From: Bacilli bacterium
Lineage (GTDB): Bacteria; Bacillota_I; Bacilli_A; RF39; UBA660
Reading direction: 5' to 3'
Length of the DNA stretch: 64,000 nt
Assembly: GCA_900768345.1 (NCBI GenBank)
Contig: CAAGCO010000009.1
Location: 11,080-75,079, forward strand
The notes beneath the pieces are model-generated. The model ran no database searches and was not told the origin of the DNA. It worked only from the letters and a program-made list of their open reading frames with translations. Shown piece by piece: positions 1 through 10,185 of this stretch (position 1 is its first letter; each line of letters starts with the position of its first letter). A program made the translations under genes and the position numbers.

Positions 1-2
1 AT

Positions 3-1898
3 AATGAAAAATCAATTAAAATATTAGAAGGTCTTGAAGCTGTACGTAAAAGACCTGGTATGTATATAGGAAGTACTGATAAGAGAGGACTTCATCATTT
101 AGTATGGGAGATTGTTGATAACTCAATAGATGAAGCTATCAATGGTTATGGTAAAAAAATAATAGTAACACTTACTAAAGCAGGTAGTGTTAGAGTTAGC
201 GATGAAGGACGTGGAGTACCAATTGGAAAACACTCATCAGGTAAATCAACTCCAGAAGTAATCTATACTGTATTACACGCAGGTGGTAAATTTGAAACAG
301 ATGGTTACAAAGTATCTGGTGGTCTTCATGGTGTAGGTTCATCAGTAGTTAATGCACTATCTAAATGGATGAAAGTAACTATATGTAGAGAAGGAAAGAT
401 ATGTGAAATATCATTTAAAAATGGTGGCCACGTAGACAAAGAATTAAAACAAATAGGTACAACTAAACAAACTGGTACTACAGTTGAGTTCTTCCCAGAT
501 GAAGAAATATTTGGTAATGCTAGATTCAGTTACACAACTATATGTGAAAGAATGCAAGAAAGTGCTTTCCTTATAAATGGATTAACTATGGAAGTTATCG
601 ATGAAGAAGATGATAAACATAGTGTGTTTAGTTATGATAATGGACTTGTATCATTCGTAGAATATGTAAATGAAGGAAAAGAACCACTACATAAAACAAT
701 AAGTTTCAGTGGCGAAAAGTATGGTATTGAAGTAGATATCGCTATGCAGTACACAAACACATATAATGAAAACATAATGTCATTTGTTAATAATGTTAAA
801 ACTGTAGATGGTGGTAGTCATGAAGTAGGATATAAAACGGCACTTACTAAAGTATTTAATGAATATATTAAAAGTAATAATTTATTAAAGAGCAAAGATG
901 GACTAGATGGTACTGATACTCGTGAAGGTTTAACAGCAATAATAAGTTTAAAAATACCAGAAAATCTATTACAATTTGAAGGACAAACTAAAGGTAAGCT
1001 AGGAACTCCTCAAGCAAGAACAGTAGTAGAAAGTATAGTATATGAAAAACTATCTTATTATTTAGAAGAAAATAAAGAAGCAGCTACTGCTATAATGGAT
1101 AAAGCTTTAAAGAGCAAATTAGCTCGTGAAGCGGCAAGAAAAGCAAGAGCAGAAGCAAGAGCTGGAAAAGGTAAGAGTGGTCGTGAGAAAGTACTACTTG
1201 GTAAACTAACACCTGCTCAAAGTAAAGAGTATAACAAAAATGAACTATTCATTGTTGAAGGAAACAGTGCTGGTGGTACAGCAAAAAGTGGTCGTGACAA
1301 ACGTCATCAAGCAATACTACCACTAAGAGGTAAAATAATTAACTGTGAAAAATCAACAGTAGCAGACCTTTTCAAAAATGAAGAAATTAATACAATAGTT
1401 CATGCTATAGGAGCTGGAGTAGGAGCAGAATTTGATTATACCGAATCAAACTATGGAAAAGTCATAATAATGACCGATGCCGATGATGATGGAGCTCACA
1501 TTCAAACATTACTTCTAACATTCTTCTATAGATGGATGAGAGACTTAATAGAACATGGAATGCTTTATATAGCGGTGCCACCTCTATACTTAGTTAAATA
1601 TGGTAAAGATAAAAAATATATAAATACAAACGAAGAATTAAATGAATTCAAAGATACATTTAAAGGAAAATATACTATTCAAAGATACAAAGGACTTGGT
1701 GAAATGAACGCAGACCAATTATGGGAAACAACAATGGATCCAGCTACTCGTACACTAGTTAAAATCAAAATAGATGATAAAGCACTTGCTGAAAAAAGAG
1801 TAGGAGTTCTTATGGGAGATGACTCAGAAGTGCGTAAAGAATGGATAGAAGAAAATGTAGAATTCACACTAGAAGATGATTATAAAGGGGGTAAATAA
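3..1898 (+). CDS. parE: DNA topoisomerase IV subunit B (5' end lies outside the window)
   Basis: The frame is open from nt 3 (NEKSIKILEGLEAVRKRPGMYIGST). It has a GHKL ATPase region and TOPRIM motifs (EGNSAGG, IMTDADDDGAHI). Called ParE rather than GyrB because the coupled downstream subunit has a ParC-type N-terminus. Confidence 0.85.
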   Translation, partial: NEKSIKILEGLEAVRKRPGMYIGSTDKRGLHHLVWEIVDNSIDEAINGYGKKIIVTLTKAGSVRVSDEGRGVPIGKHSSGKSTPEVIYTVLHAGGKFETDGYKVSGGLHGVGSSVVNALSKWMKVTICREGKICEISFKNGGHVDKELKQIGTTKQTGTTVEFFPDEEIFGNARFSYTTICERMQESAFLINGLTMEVIDEEDDKHSVFSYDNGLVSFVEYVNEGKEPLHKTISFSGEKYGIEVDIAMQYTNTYNENIMSFVNNVKTVDGGSHEVGYKTALTKVFNEYIKSNNLLKSKDGLDGTDTREGLTAIISLKIPENLLQFEGQTKGKLGTPQARTVVESIVYEKLSYYLEENKEAATAIMDKALKSKLAREAARKARAEARAGKGKSGREKVLLGKLTPAQSKEYNKNELFIVEGNSAGGTAKSGRDKRHQAILPLRGKIINCEKSTVADLFKNEEINTIVHAIGAGVGAEFDYTESNYGKVIIMTDADDDGAHIQTLLLTFFYRWMRDLIEHGMLYIAVPPLYLVKYGKDKKYINTNEELNEFKDTFKGKYTIQRYKGLGEMNADQLWETTMDPATRTLVKIKIDDKALAEKRVGVLMGDDSEVRKEWIEENVEFTLEDDYKGGK

Positions 1899-4456
1899 TG
1901 GCTAAAGAAAAAGAAACAACAATTATAGAAAAAATAAATGACTTTGCCCTTGAAGAAATAATGGGAGAACGTTTTGGTAGATATGCTAAATACATAATCC
2001 AAGATAGAGCTCTTCCAGATGTTCGTGATGGACTAAAACCAGTACAAAGAAGAATTCTTTATTCAATGTACAAAGACAAAAATACTTATGACAAAGAAAC
2101 AAGAAAATCAGCAAAGACTGTAGGTAATGTTATAGGTAACTACCATCCACATGGTGATACATCAGTATATGATGCGATGGTAAGACTTAGTCAAAAATGG
2201 AAACAAAGAGTAATACTTGTAGATATGCAAGGAAATAATGGTTCAATAGATGGTGATGGACCAGCCGCAATGCGTTATACTGAAGCGAGACTAGCTAAAA
2301 TAAGTAATATACTTTTAGAAGATATAGAAAAAGATTCAGTTGAAATGGCTCTTACATTTGATGATTATAGTTATGAACCAACAGTACTTCCTGCATACTT
2401 TCCAAACCTTTTGGTAAATGGTTCAACTGGTATTAGTGCAGGTTATGCAACTAATATCCCACCACATAACTTAGGTGAAGTAATAGATGCTACTATTAAA
2501 AGAATAGATAGTCCAAACTGTAGACTAGATACTATAATGGATATCGTAAAAGGTCCAGACTTCCCAACTGGAGGTATAGTTGAAGGAAAAGATGCTCTTA
2601 TAAAAGCATACTCTACAGGAAAAGGAAAAGTAGTAGTAAAAGCAAGATACTCATTTGAATCAGTAAAAGGTAAAGACCAAATCGTAATAACAGAAATACC
2701 ATATGATACATTAAAATGTAATATAATTCGTAAGATTGAAGAAATAAGACTTGATAAAAAAATAGATGGTATAGTTGAAGTACGTGATGAATCTGATAAA
2801 AATGATGAGTTAAGAATAGTAATAGATCTAAAGAAAGATGCCAATAAAGATTTAATAATAAACTACTTACTAAAAAATACAGACTTACAAACAAATTATG
2901 CATTTAATATGGTAGCTATAGTTAATAGAACACCAAAAACACTAGGTATTCTAGAAATGCTAGATGCATTCATTGCTCATAATAAAGAAGTAGTAACTAA
3001 AAGAACTAAATTTGACTTAGATGTAGACTTAAAGAAAATACATATTATTGAAGGTTTCATTAAAGCATTAGATATTCTAGATGAAGTAATTAAAACTATT
3101 CGTAAAAGTAAAAACAAAACAGACGCAATAGAAAACTTAATGCATGAATATGAATTCACTAAAGCACAAGCAGAAGCTATCGTAATGATGCAACTATATA
3201 AATTAACTAACACTGATGTTACTGAACTTAAAAATGAATTTGATGCTCTTACAAAAGAAATAGCTTACTTTAGAGAAATACTTGCTAGTGAAGAAAAACT
3301 AATGGGTGTTATTAAAGATAAACTAAGAAGCATTAAGAAAGAATTTGCTGATCCTAGACGTACAACTATTAAAGATGAAGTAAGTGAAATCAAAATAGAT
3401 ACACTAGATATGATTAGTAAAGAAGACTTTATAGTTTGTATTTCAAATAATGGATATGTTAAGAAAGTATCATTAAAATCATATAACATGACTAATAATG
3501 AGTATCCAGGTGTAAGAGAAAATGATTACATTGAAGGTTTCTATAAGATTAATAACATAGATACTGTATTATTATTTACAAACTTAGGTAACTACCTATT
3601 CTTACCAGTAAGAGAAATACAAGAAGCTAAATATAAAGATGTTGGTAGTCATATTTCGAATTACATTAAAGTAAGTGATGGAGAAAAGATAGTTAAATCT
3701 ATCGGAGTGGCTAAGTTTGATGATACAGTTATTACAGCATTCACTAAACTTGGTATGGTAAAAAGAATGTTACTTAAAGACTTTGAAGTATCAAGATACA
3801 CTAAACCTATCACAATGTTTAAATTAAAAGATGGAGACGAACTAATATCTGTTAATAAAAATGATGGTGAAGAAACACTAGTTATAACTAAAGAAGGTAA
3901 TGCTTTAAAATATAACACAAGCGAAATACCAGTAGTTGGTCTTAGAACTAGTGGAGTTAAATCTATTAATTTAAATGATAAAGATGAAGTAATTAGTGCA
4001 TTCGTAGTAAGTAATTCAAAAGAATATGTAACATTATTTACAGATAGAAATACTGCTAAGAGAGTGAAAATAGATGAAATACCAAAAACAACAAGAGCTA
4101 AAAAAGGTTCATCTATCATAAAGAGTCCAAAAACTAAAACATATAACTTATTTAAAGGATTCAATACAAGTTCTAAAACTATATTTGGAATACTTGATGG
4201 AGACATAGGCTACATGAAATCAAGTGATATAAATATAATGGACAAACAAAGTGTAGGAAGCACAATAACTAAAAAGAATATAGAAGATATATTCATAGTT
4301 ACTAAACTAAAAGAAATAAAAATAAATAACGAAGAAATCAATGAACCAAAAGAAGAAAAACATGAAGAAAAAAAGACTGAAGAAGTAAAAAAAGAAAAGA
4401 AAGAAACTAAAAGTCAATTAACAATGAGTGATTTTTTCGAAGAGTTTAAAATATAG
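1898..4456 (+). CDS. parC: DNA topoisomerase IV subunit A
   Basis: 852 aa with the ParC signature FGRYAKYIIQDRALPDVRDGLKPVQRRILY and the catalytic Tyr region AAMRYTEARL. It overlaps parE as TAATG and has a Lys/Glu-rich C-terminal tail. Confidence 0.9.
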   Translation: MAKEKETTIIEKINDFALEEIMGERFGRYAKYIIQDRALPDVRDGLKPVQRRILYSMYKDKNTYDKETRKSAKTVGNVIGNYHPHGDTSVYDAMVRLSQKWKQRVILVDMQGNNGSIDGDGPAAMRYTEARLAKISNILLEDIEKDSVEMALTFDDYSYEPTVLPAYFPNLLVNGSTGISAGYATNIPPHNLGEVIDATIKRIDSPNCRLDTIMDIVKGPDFPTGGIVEGKDALIKAYSTGKGKVVVKARYSFESVKGKDQIVITEIPYDTLKCNIIRKIEEIRLDKKIDGIVEVRDESDKNDELRIVIDLKKDANKDLIINYLLKNTDLQTNYAFNMVAIVNRTPKTLGILEMLDAFIAHNKEVVTKRTKFDLDVDLKKIHIIEGFIKALDILDEVIKTIRKSKNKTDAIENLMHEYEFTKAQAEAIVMMQLYKLTNTDVTELKNEFDALTKEIAYFREILASEEKLMGVIKDKLRSIKKEFADPRRTTIKDEVSEIKIDTLDMISKEDFIVCISNNGYVKKVSLKSYNMTNNEYPGVRENDYIEGFYKINNIDTVLLFTNLGNYLFLPVREIQEAKYKDVGSHISNYIKVSDGEKIVKSIGVAKFDDTVITAFTKLGMVKRMLLKDFEVSRYTKPITMFKLKDGDELISVNKNDGEETLVITKEGNALKYNTSEIPVVGLRTSGVKSINLNDKDEVISAFVVSNSKEYVTLFTDRNTAKRVKIDEIPKTTRAKKGSSIIKSPKTKTYNLFKGFNTSSKTIFGILDGDIGYMKSSDINIMDKQSVGSTITKKNIEDIFIVTKLKEIKINNEEINEPKEEKHEEKKTEEVKKEKKETKSQLTMSDFFEEFKI

Positions 4457-4479
4457 AATTCCTTTTTGGAATTCTTTTT
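4456..4479 (+). terminator. Rho-independent terminator after parC
   Basis: Hairpin gaattcc-ttttt-ggaattc followed by TTTTT. Confidence 0.7.
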
Positions 4480-4504
4480 GATATAATTTATAATAGGTGA
4501 TGAT

Positions 4505-5008
4505 ATGAAAAGAAATATAAGTATTTTATTAATAATGATTTTACTTTTATCAGGATGCAATAACAAAAACACAAATAACAATAACGGTAATAATGGTAAT
4601 AATGACAAAAACAAAACTTATCTAAAAGAAGATACATATTATATGTATCAAAATGGAAATATAAAGAAAGAACTATTATTAAGAAAAGATGGAACTTTAT
4701 TCTTTGCTAAATGCGATTATTCATGTGAAGTTTCTAGTGGTACATACTCAGTAAATAATAATTCAATAGAAGTTATTATTGATAAAGCTTATGATGAAAA
4801 TATGTGTAAAAAAGATTCAACTAAAACAACAAATAATTATGTAGTTGAAAATGATGCTTTAAAACTAAATAGTGAAACTTATAATATTGTTGATAAAACT
4901 ACAGCAAACGATGTTGATTATTACAAAGATATTAAGTGTGATAAATCTAACAATAGAGAGGAAAGAGAAAATAGAACGGAAACTCCTGAAGTTGCACCAA
5001 TGCCATAA
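4505..5008 (+). CDS. Putative lipoprotein with Asn-rich linker
   Basis: Signal peptide with lipobox LLSGC, then the low-complexity tract NNKNTNNNNGNNGNND. No recognisable domain. Confidence 0.6.
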   Translation: MKRNISILLIMILLLSGCNNKNTNNNNGNNGNNDKNKTYLKEDTYYMYQNGNIKKELLLRKDGTLFFAKCDYSCEVSSGTYSVNNNSIEVIIDKAYDENMCKKDSTKTTNNYVVENDALKLNSETYNIVDKTTANDVDYYKDIKCDKSNNREERENRTETPEVAPMP

Positions 5009-5038
5009 AAGATATAGATATACTTCTATATCTTTTTT
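5009..5038 (+). terminator. Rho-independent terminator
   Basis: aagatatag / ctatatctt stem followed by a T-run. Confidence 0.6.
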
Positions 5039-5076
5039 ACTTATTATGATATAATTAACTAGAATAGAGGTTAAAT

Positions 5077-6855
5077 ATGAATACAATATATATAATAACA
5101 GGTATAATGTTTACATTACTTTTAATATTAGTTTTTAAAATAAAAAAACAAAATAACTTACTATCTAATAGTACATATTTTATATTAACATTAAGTTTAT
5201 TAGTGGGTTATATCTTAGAACTCGTAATGTACTTTTTAAGTACAACAGCTATAAATAATATAATATTAGAAATATATACCAAATTATATTTAATATTCAT
5301 TATATGTTGGTCATCAATCTTTAGTGTTTATACATTTTTATTAAGTAAAAAAGATGATGAATATAATAAAAAAATAATGATATTGTATGCTCTTTTAACA
5401 GTAACATCTTCAGTAGCAATAATAATGCTACCACTAAATATCACATATACAAATAGAATAATTTTAACTGGAAATGCTATTAACTTTTTAAAAATTTTAA
5501 TTACATGTATGCTTTCTATTTTATATATAAGAACAGTATTAAGTAATAAAATAATTAATACAATAAAAGCAAATTATATTTATGTAGCACTTATCATTTT
5601 AACAATAGTATCATTTTTAGAAATTAAATATCAATTAAATATAGTAACAACAACACTATTATTTGTAACTTATCTAATTTTCTTAACAATAGAAAATCCA
5701 GCATTAAAAGAATATGAAATAATAAATAATTTAAGATTAAGAGCATTAAAAGCAAATACAAATAAAACAAATTTCTTAAGCAATATGAGTCATGAATTAA
5801 GAACACCACTTACTTCAATAATTTCTTCAATAGATGAAATTAAATCATATAATTTACCACAAGAAATAAAAGATAATTTAAATGATATTATAGATTCATC
5901 AAATTCATTACTTGATATAGTAGGTAATGTTATTGAAATAAATAAAATTGAAAATAAAGTATATGACTTAAAAGAAAAAAATTATGATATTAGAGATGTA
6001 GTAGAAAAACTAATAAAACTGAATACTAAAAAATATAGCAAAGAAAATGTAGTATTTAAGTATTCAGTTTCTGATAACACACCATCTAATTTATTTGGTG
6101 ATAAAACTAAAATAAAAGAAATAATAAATAATATTTTAGATAACTCATTTAAATACACTAATAAGGGTAGTATTTCTTTAACTATAAATAGTGTTTTAGA
6201 TAATGATATTTGTAATTTAATCATAGAAATAAAGGATACAGGTATTGGTATAAAATCAGAAGATCTAAATAAGATATTTAACGGTAATGATATAGACAAT
6301 GATATCAATAGTAATGTTAATAGGGATGGACTAGGTTTATTAGTTTCAAAAGACTTAGTTAATTTATTAAATGGAACAATAACTGTAAGTAGTTATTATG
6401 GAAGTGGAAGCGTATTTACCATAAATATACCTCAAAAATTAAAAAATGAACTAGAAATAGTAGAACAAACAAATACAACTAAATTTAATAATAAAAAAGT
6501 ATTACTAGTAGATGATGATAGACTAAATAATAAAATTTTAAAAAGATTATTAAAGATTTATAACATAGAATTAGATGCTTGTGAAAGAGGAATAGAATGC
6601 ATTGATAAAATTAATAATGGTGAACAATATGATCTTATACTTATGGATATAATGTTGCCAGATATAAATGGAGTGGATACATTAAGGAAATTAAAATCTA
6701 ATAAGAATTTTAATACTAAAGTAATAGCTCTTACTGCAGATGCTTTATCAACTTCAAGAAACAAATATTTAAAAGCTGGATTTACAGACTATTTAGCAAA
6801 ACCATTTAAGAAAGAAGAATTAGAGGAAAAATTAAAGAATTTACTAGGAGAATAA
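5077..6855 (+). CDS. Hybrid sensor histidine kinase with C-terminal receiver domain
   Basis: About 6-7 N-terminal TM helices, H-box SHELRTPL, HATPase motifs DTGIGI and GLGLLVS, and a receiver domain (VLLVDDD, DLILMDIMLP). Confidence 0.8.
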   Translation: MNTIYIITGIMFTLLLILVFKIKKQNNLLSNSTYFILTLSLLVGYILELVMYFLSTTAINNIILEIYTKLYLIFIICWSSIFSVYTFLLSKKDDEYNKKIMILYALLTVTSSVAIIMLPLNITYTNRIILTGNAINFLKILITCMLSILYIRTVLSNKIINTIKANYIYVALIILTIVSFLEIKYQLNIVTTTLLFVTYLIFLTIENPALKEYEIINNLRLRALKANTNKTNFLSNMSHELRTPLTSIISSIDEIKSYNLPQEIKDNLNDIIDSSNSLLDIVGNVIEINKIENKVYDLKEKNYDIRDVVEKLIKLNTKKYSKENVVFKYSVSDNTPSNLFGDKTKIKEIINNILDNSFKYTNKGSISLTINSVLDNDICNLIIEIKDTGIGIKSEDLNKIFNGNDIDNDINSNVNRDGLGLLVSKDLVNLLNGTITVSSYYGSGSVFTINIPQKLKNELEIVEQTNTTKFNNKKVLLVDDDRLNNKILKRLLKIYNIELDACERGIECIDKINNGEQYDLILMDIMLPDINGVDTLRKLKSNKNFNTKVIALTADALSTSRNKYLKAGFTDYLAKPFKKEELEEKLKNLLGE

Positions 6856-6856
6856 T

Positions 6857-7546
6857 ATGAAAGTAACTATTATTATTCCATCATATAATCCAACTAAAAA
6901 GTTAATAAAACTTGTAAGTGCTCTTCAAAAAGATTTTAATGATATTTTAATAGTTGATGATGGAAGTACAAATGAAACAAAAAAGATATATGAAGAACTT
7001 TCTAATGTGAAAATCATTTATCATGATGTTAACAAAGGAAAAGGTGAAGCATTAAAAACAGCAATAAAAAGTTTAAAAGATACAGATGCATTCATAACAG
7101 TAGATGCAGATCTTCAACATAGCCCAAAAGATGTTTCAAAAGTTAAAGAAGAATTATTAAATAATGATATCGTATTAGGCACAAGAAACTTTAATAAAAA
7201 GAATGTACCATTTACTAGTAAGTTTGGAAATAAATTTTCATCACTTGTTTTTAAAATTAAAACTGGTATTACATTAAAAGATACTCAAACTGGTTTAAGA
7301 GGAATAAATATAAAATATAAAGATCTTTGTTTAAATACAAGTGGAAGTAGATATGAGTATGAAATGAACTTTCTTTATAACTTAGCAAAAAATAAAATAA
7401 ATTTTAAATGTATAGATATAGCTACTATATATGAAGGCAATAACTCTGGTTCACACTTCCATGCTATAAGAGATTCAATACTAATTCATAAATGGATTAT
7501 ACCTTTATTAATCCTATTAATAGTGTTAATTATAATAATTATATGA
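6857..7546 (+). CDS. Family 2 glycosyltransferase with C-terminal membrane anchor
   Basis: GT-A motifs IIIPSYN, IVDDGS and VDADLQH, with one C-terminal TM helix. Starts 2 nt after the kinase stop. Confidence 0.75.
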   Translation: MKVTIIIPSYNPTKKLIKLVSALQKDFNDILIVDDGSTNETKKIYEELSNVKIIYHDVNKGKGEALKTAIKSLKDTDAFITVDADLQHSPKDVSKVKEELLNNDIVLGTRNFNKKNVPFTSKFGNKFSSLVFKIKTGITLKDTQTGLRGINIKYKDLCLNTSGSRYEYEMNFLYNLAKNKINFKCIDIATIYEGNNSGSHFHAIRDSILIHKWIIPLLILLIVLIIIII

Positions 7547-7554
7547 GGTATACT

Positions 7555-8457
7555 ATGAAGAAAAATATAATTGTTTATTTTGTAATATTATTTTTGATAC
7601 TTCTACTAAGTATAGGAAGCATTAAAAGCAATAGGATAATAAAAAACTATGTGAATAAAGATATAGAATCTAATAGTGAAATATGTAAAAATAATAATAT
7701 AGATGATTTAACAGAAGAAGATAAATATTACTGCGAAGCATTAGATAAGAATATAAAACAAGGAAGTTTCTTTTACTATTATAGATATTTACTAGGAACA
7801 GGTATAAACAAAATAATAATATTTTATCTGTTACCACTAGTAATTTTATATCCAATATTATATTCTCTGCATTTAGAATATAATGATGACTATATTAAAA
7901 AGTATTTAGAAAATCATAAATATAAAAGTTATGTTAAAAGAGTATTATTAAAGTCATATAAATATATATTTCTAGTAATATTTATTCTAGTAATATATGG
8001 TTTAATTTCACTTAAAATGTCTAACTTTAATTATAATCCACTAATGGATATAGGATTGAGCCAACTAGGAAGTAATATGTTATCTTTTTATACTAATTCT
8101 AAAATGTATATTTATTATTTCTTAATTATTATTTTTAACACTGCAGCAATAATAAACATAGGCTTGGTTTTACTAAAAAACATAAAAAGCTATAAAAAAT
8201 GTATATTAATAAGTTGTATCATAAACTATCTACTTAATTATTTCATAACTATATTTGGTGGTATGACACTTTCAAAACAATTTAATGTTGTATTTGAAAA
8301 CTGTACTATGCAAGACATATATATATGGCAAATAATACAAGATGGTAGCATACTTCTAATCATAAATATAATTTTATTCACTATTACTTTTATGTATTTT
8401 ATCTATAGTTACAAAAGTAGAGAAAGTTTTATACTTAGATGTCAAATGTTAGACTAA
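7555..8457 (+). CDS. Multi-pass membrane protein, unknown function
   Basis: Start moved from the track's 7492 to MKKN at 7555, just after the GT2 TGA stop. Hydrophobic N-terminus, a long first loop and several TM helices. Confidence 0.55.
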   Translation: MKKNIIVYFVILFLILLLSIGSIKSNRIIKNYVNKDIESNSEICKNNNIDDLTEEDKYYCEALDKNIKQGSFFYYYRYLLGTGINKIIIFYLLPLVILYPILYSLHLEYNDDYIKKYLENHKYKSYVKRVLLKSYKYIFLVIFILVIYGLISLKMSNFNYNPLMDIGLSQLGSNMLSFYTNSKMYIYYFLIIIFNTAAIINIGLVLLKNIKSYKKCILISCIINYLLNYFITIFGGMTLSKQFNVVFENCTMQDIYIWQIIQDGSILLIINIILFTITFMYFIYSYKSRESFILRCQMLD

Positions 8458-8496
8458 GAAGTAGAAAGGAGTATTAAAACTATTGCATTTGCTTAT

Positions 8497-8520
8497 AAGA
8501 AGTACTCACTACTTCTTTTT
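8497..8520 (+). terminator. Rho-independent terminator
   Basis: aagaagta-ctcac-tacttctt hairpin followed by a T-run. Confidence 0.6.
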
Positions 8521-8526
8521 AAATAT

Positions 8527-8555
8527 TTGACAAAAAAATTAATGAGTAGTATAAT
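8527..8555 (+). promoter_or_regulatory. Sigma-A-type promoter of the asnS leader
   Basis: TTGACA (8527-8532), a 17-nt spacer, then TATAAT (8550-8555). Confidence 0.6.
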
Positions 8556-8561
8556 TGACCC

Positions 8562-8775
8562 ATAAATCTTTGATGTGGAGAAGTAATATGTAAATGTTTT
8601 AAAGAGAGTTAGTGGAGGGTGTGAACTAATAAAACTATATATATGAATAACACCACTGAGTGGAACATTGAAGTAATAGTAAGTGTTCTCGGTTAATCCG
8701 TTATAAAAATAAAGTTAATAAGAGGGATGGTACCGTCTATTTTTTAGACTCCTTGTACCATCTCTCTTTTTTTAG
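8562..8775 (+). promoter_or_regulatory. T-box leader, probable Asn specifier
   Basis: Stem I elements (agagagttagtggagggtgtgaa). Candidate specifier AAC followed by a purine at 8649-8652. T-box/antiterminator sequence agagggatggtaccg competes with a terminator stem (8721-8733 pairing 8755-8767) plus a U-run. Confidence 0.8.
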
Positions 8776-8793
8776 AAAGGAAAGTGAAAATAT

Positions 8794-10173
8794 ATGGACG
8801 TAAAAGATTTATTTAAAGACATTCTAAAGTACGAAAATAAAGACGTTACTTTAGAAGGATGGGTTCGCAATAATAGAAATCAATCAAACTTTGGATTCAT
8901 TGATTTTAATGATGGAACTTATTTTCAAAATTTACAATTAGTATATGAAAAAGAATTAAAAGACTTTGATAGTATCAGTAAAATTAGAGTAGGAAGTGCT
9001 ATAAGAGTAAATGGTACTATTGTTAAATCTGAAGGTAGTGGTCAAAGCCATGAAATGAAAGTTAAAAGTGTAGAAGTACTTGGAGACTCACCTGAAGATT
9101 ATCCAATTCAACCAAAAAGACACACAAGAGAATTCTTAAGAGAAGTAGCATACTTAAGACCAAGAACTAATTTATTTAATGCAGTATTTAGGGTAAGAAG
9201 TGTAGCTGCTCAAGCAATACACGAATACTTTCAAAGTCATAACTATGTATATTTTCATAGTCCAATCATAACAGGAGCAGATTGTGAAGGTTCAGGACAA
9301 ATGTTTAAAATAACTACTCTTGATATGAATAATCTTCCTTTAGGGGAAGATAAGAAAGTTGATTTTAAGAAAGATTTGTTTGGTAAACAAACATATATAA
9401 CAGGTTCTGGTCAACTTCATGGAGAAACTTTCGCTTTAGCGTACAAAAAGATATATACATTTGGTCCAACTATGAGAACAGAAAACTCAAATACTAAAAC
9501 ACATGCTAATGAATTCTGGATGATTGAACCAGAAGTAGCATTCTGTGACCTAAATGGAATAATGGATATTGAAGAAGAAATGTTAAAATTTATAGTTAAA
9601 TATGTTATGGACAAATGTCCTTTAGAAATAGACTTCTTCGATAAATTTGTAGAAAAAGGATTAAAAGAAAAACTTACTAAAGTATTAAATACAAAGTTTG
9701 TACGTATTACTCATAAAGAAGCAATTACTTTATTAAAAGAAGCTAAAGTTGACTTTGAATTCAAACCAGAATATGGCGAAGATATCGCTAAAGAACATGA
9801 AAAATATATTACAGAACACTTTAATGGACCAGTATTTATTACAGATTGGCCAAAAGACATTAAAGCATTCTATATGAAATTAAACGATGATAATGAAACA
9901 GTAGCAGCAGTAGACTTAGAAGTACCAGGTTCTGGAGAACTAATGGGTGGAAGTCAAAGAGAAGATGATTACGACAAATTAATTAATAGAATGAAAGAAA
10001 TGAATATACCAAGAGAAAACTTAGAATGGTATACAAATTTAAGAAGATTTGGAGGTTGTTATCACTCAGGATTCGGTCTTGGATTTGAAAGACTTATTAT
10101 GTACCTAACAGGTATTGAAAATATAAGAGATGTAATTCCATATCCAAGAACACCTAATAACTGCGACTACTAG
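8794..10173 (+). CDS. asnS: Asparagine--tRNA ligase
   Basis: 459 aa class IIb aaRS with an N-terminal OB fold (GWVRNNRNQSNFGFIDFNDG) and C-terminal GFGLGFERL...IPYPRTP. Confidence 0.93.
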   Translation: MDVKDLFKDILKYENKDVTLEGWVRNNRNQSNFGFIDFNDGTYFQNLQLVYEKELKDFDSISKIRVGSAIRVNGTIVKSEGSGQSHEMKVKSVEVLGDSPEDYPIQPKRHTREFLREVAYLRPRTNLFNAVFRVRSVAAQAIHEYFQSHNYVYFHSPIITGADCEGSGQMFKITTLDMNNLPLGEDKKVDFKKDLFGKQTYITGSGQLHGETFALAYKKIYTFGPTMRTENSNTKTHANEFWMIEPEVAFCDLNGIMDIEEEMLKFIVKYVMDKCPLEIDFFDKFVEKGLKEKLTKVLNTKFVRITHKEAITLLKEAKVDFEFKPEYGEDIAKEHEKYITEHFNGPVFITDWPKDIKAFYMKLNDDNETVAAVDLEVPGSGELMGGSQREDDYDKLINRMKEMNIPRENLEWYTNLRRFGGCYHSGFGLGFERLIMYLTGIENIRDVIPYPRTPNNCDY

Positions 10174-10185
10174 AAGGAGGAAAAA

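Noticed and set aside
1679-4206. Minus-strand ORFs inside parE/parC (1679-1867, 2443-2844, 2613-2903, 2977-3213, 3265-3489, 3661-4206). Similar antisense ORFs lie inside most other large genes, e.g. 9417-9614, 12567-12888, 24090-24446, 43325-43699 and 45585-46013.
   Set aside because: They lie entirely antisense to strongly supported housekeeping genes. Their translations are low-complexity and rich in Ser, Leu, Ile and Phe, they have no RBS, and their composition is typical of shadow ORFs in AT-rich DNA.
3-4456. Calling the first two genes gyrB/gyrA.
   Set aside because: The A subunit has FGRYAKYIIQ...KPVQRRIL, which is the ParC pattern; GyrA has KPVHRRIL and a different N-terminal block. 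The pair is therefore called parE/parC. A phylogeny would settle it.
4865-5086. Small ORFs 4865-5086 (-), 4872-5054 (+) and 4414-4614 (-) around the lipoprotein gene.
   Set aside because: They overlap the better-supported lipoprotein ORF or the terminators, have low-complexity translations, and lack an RBS.
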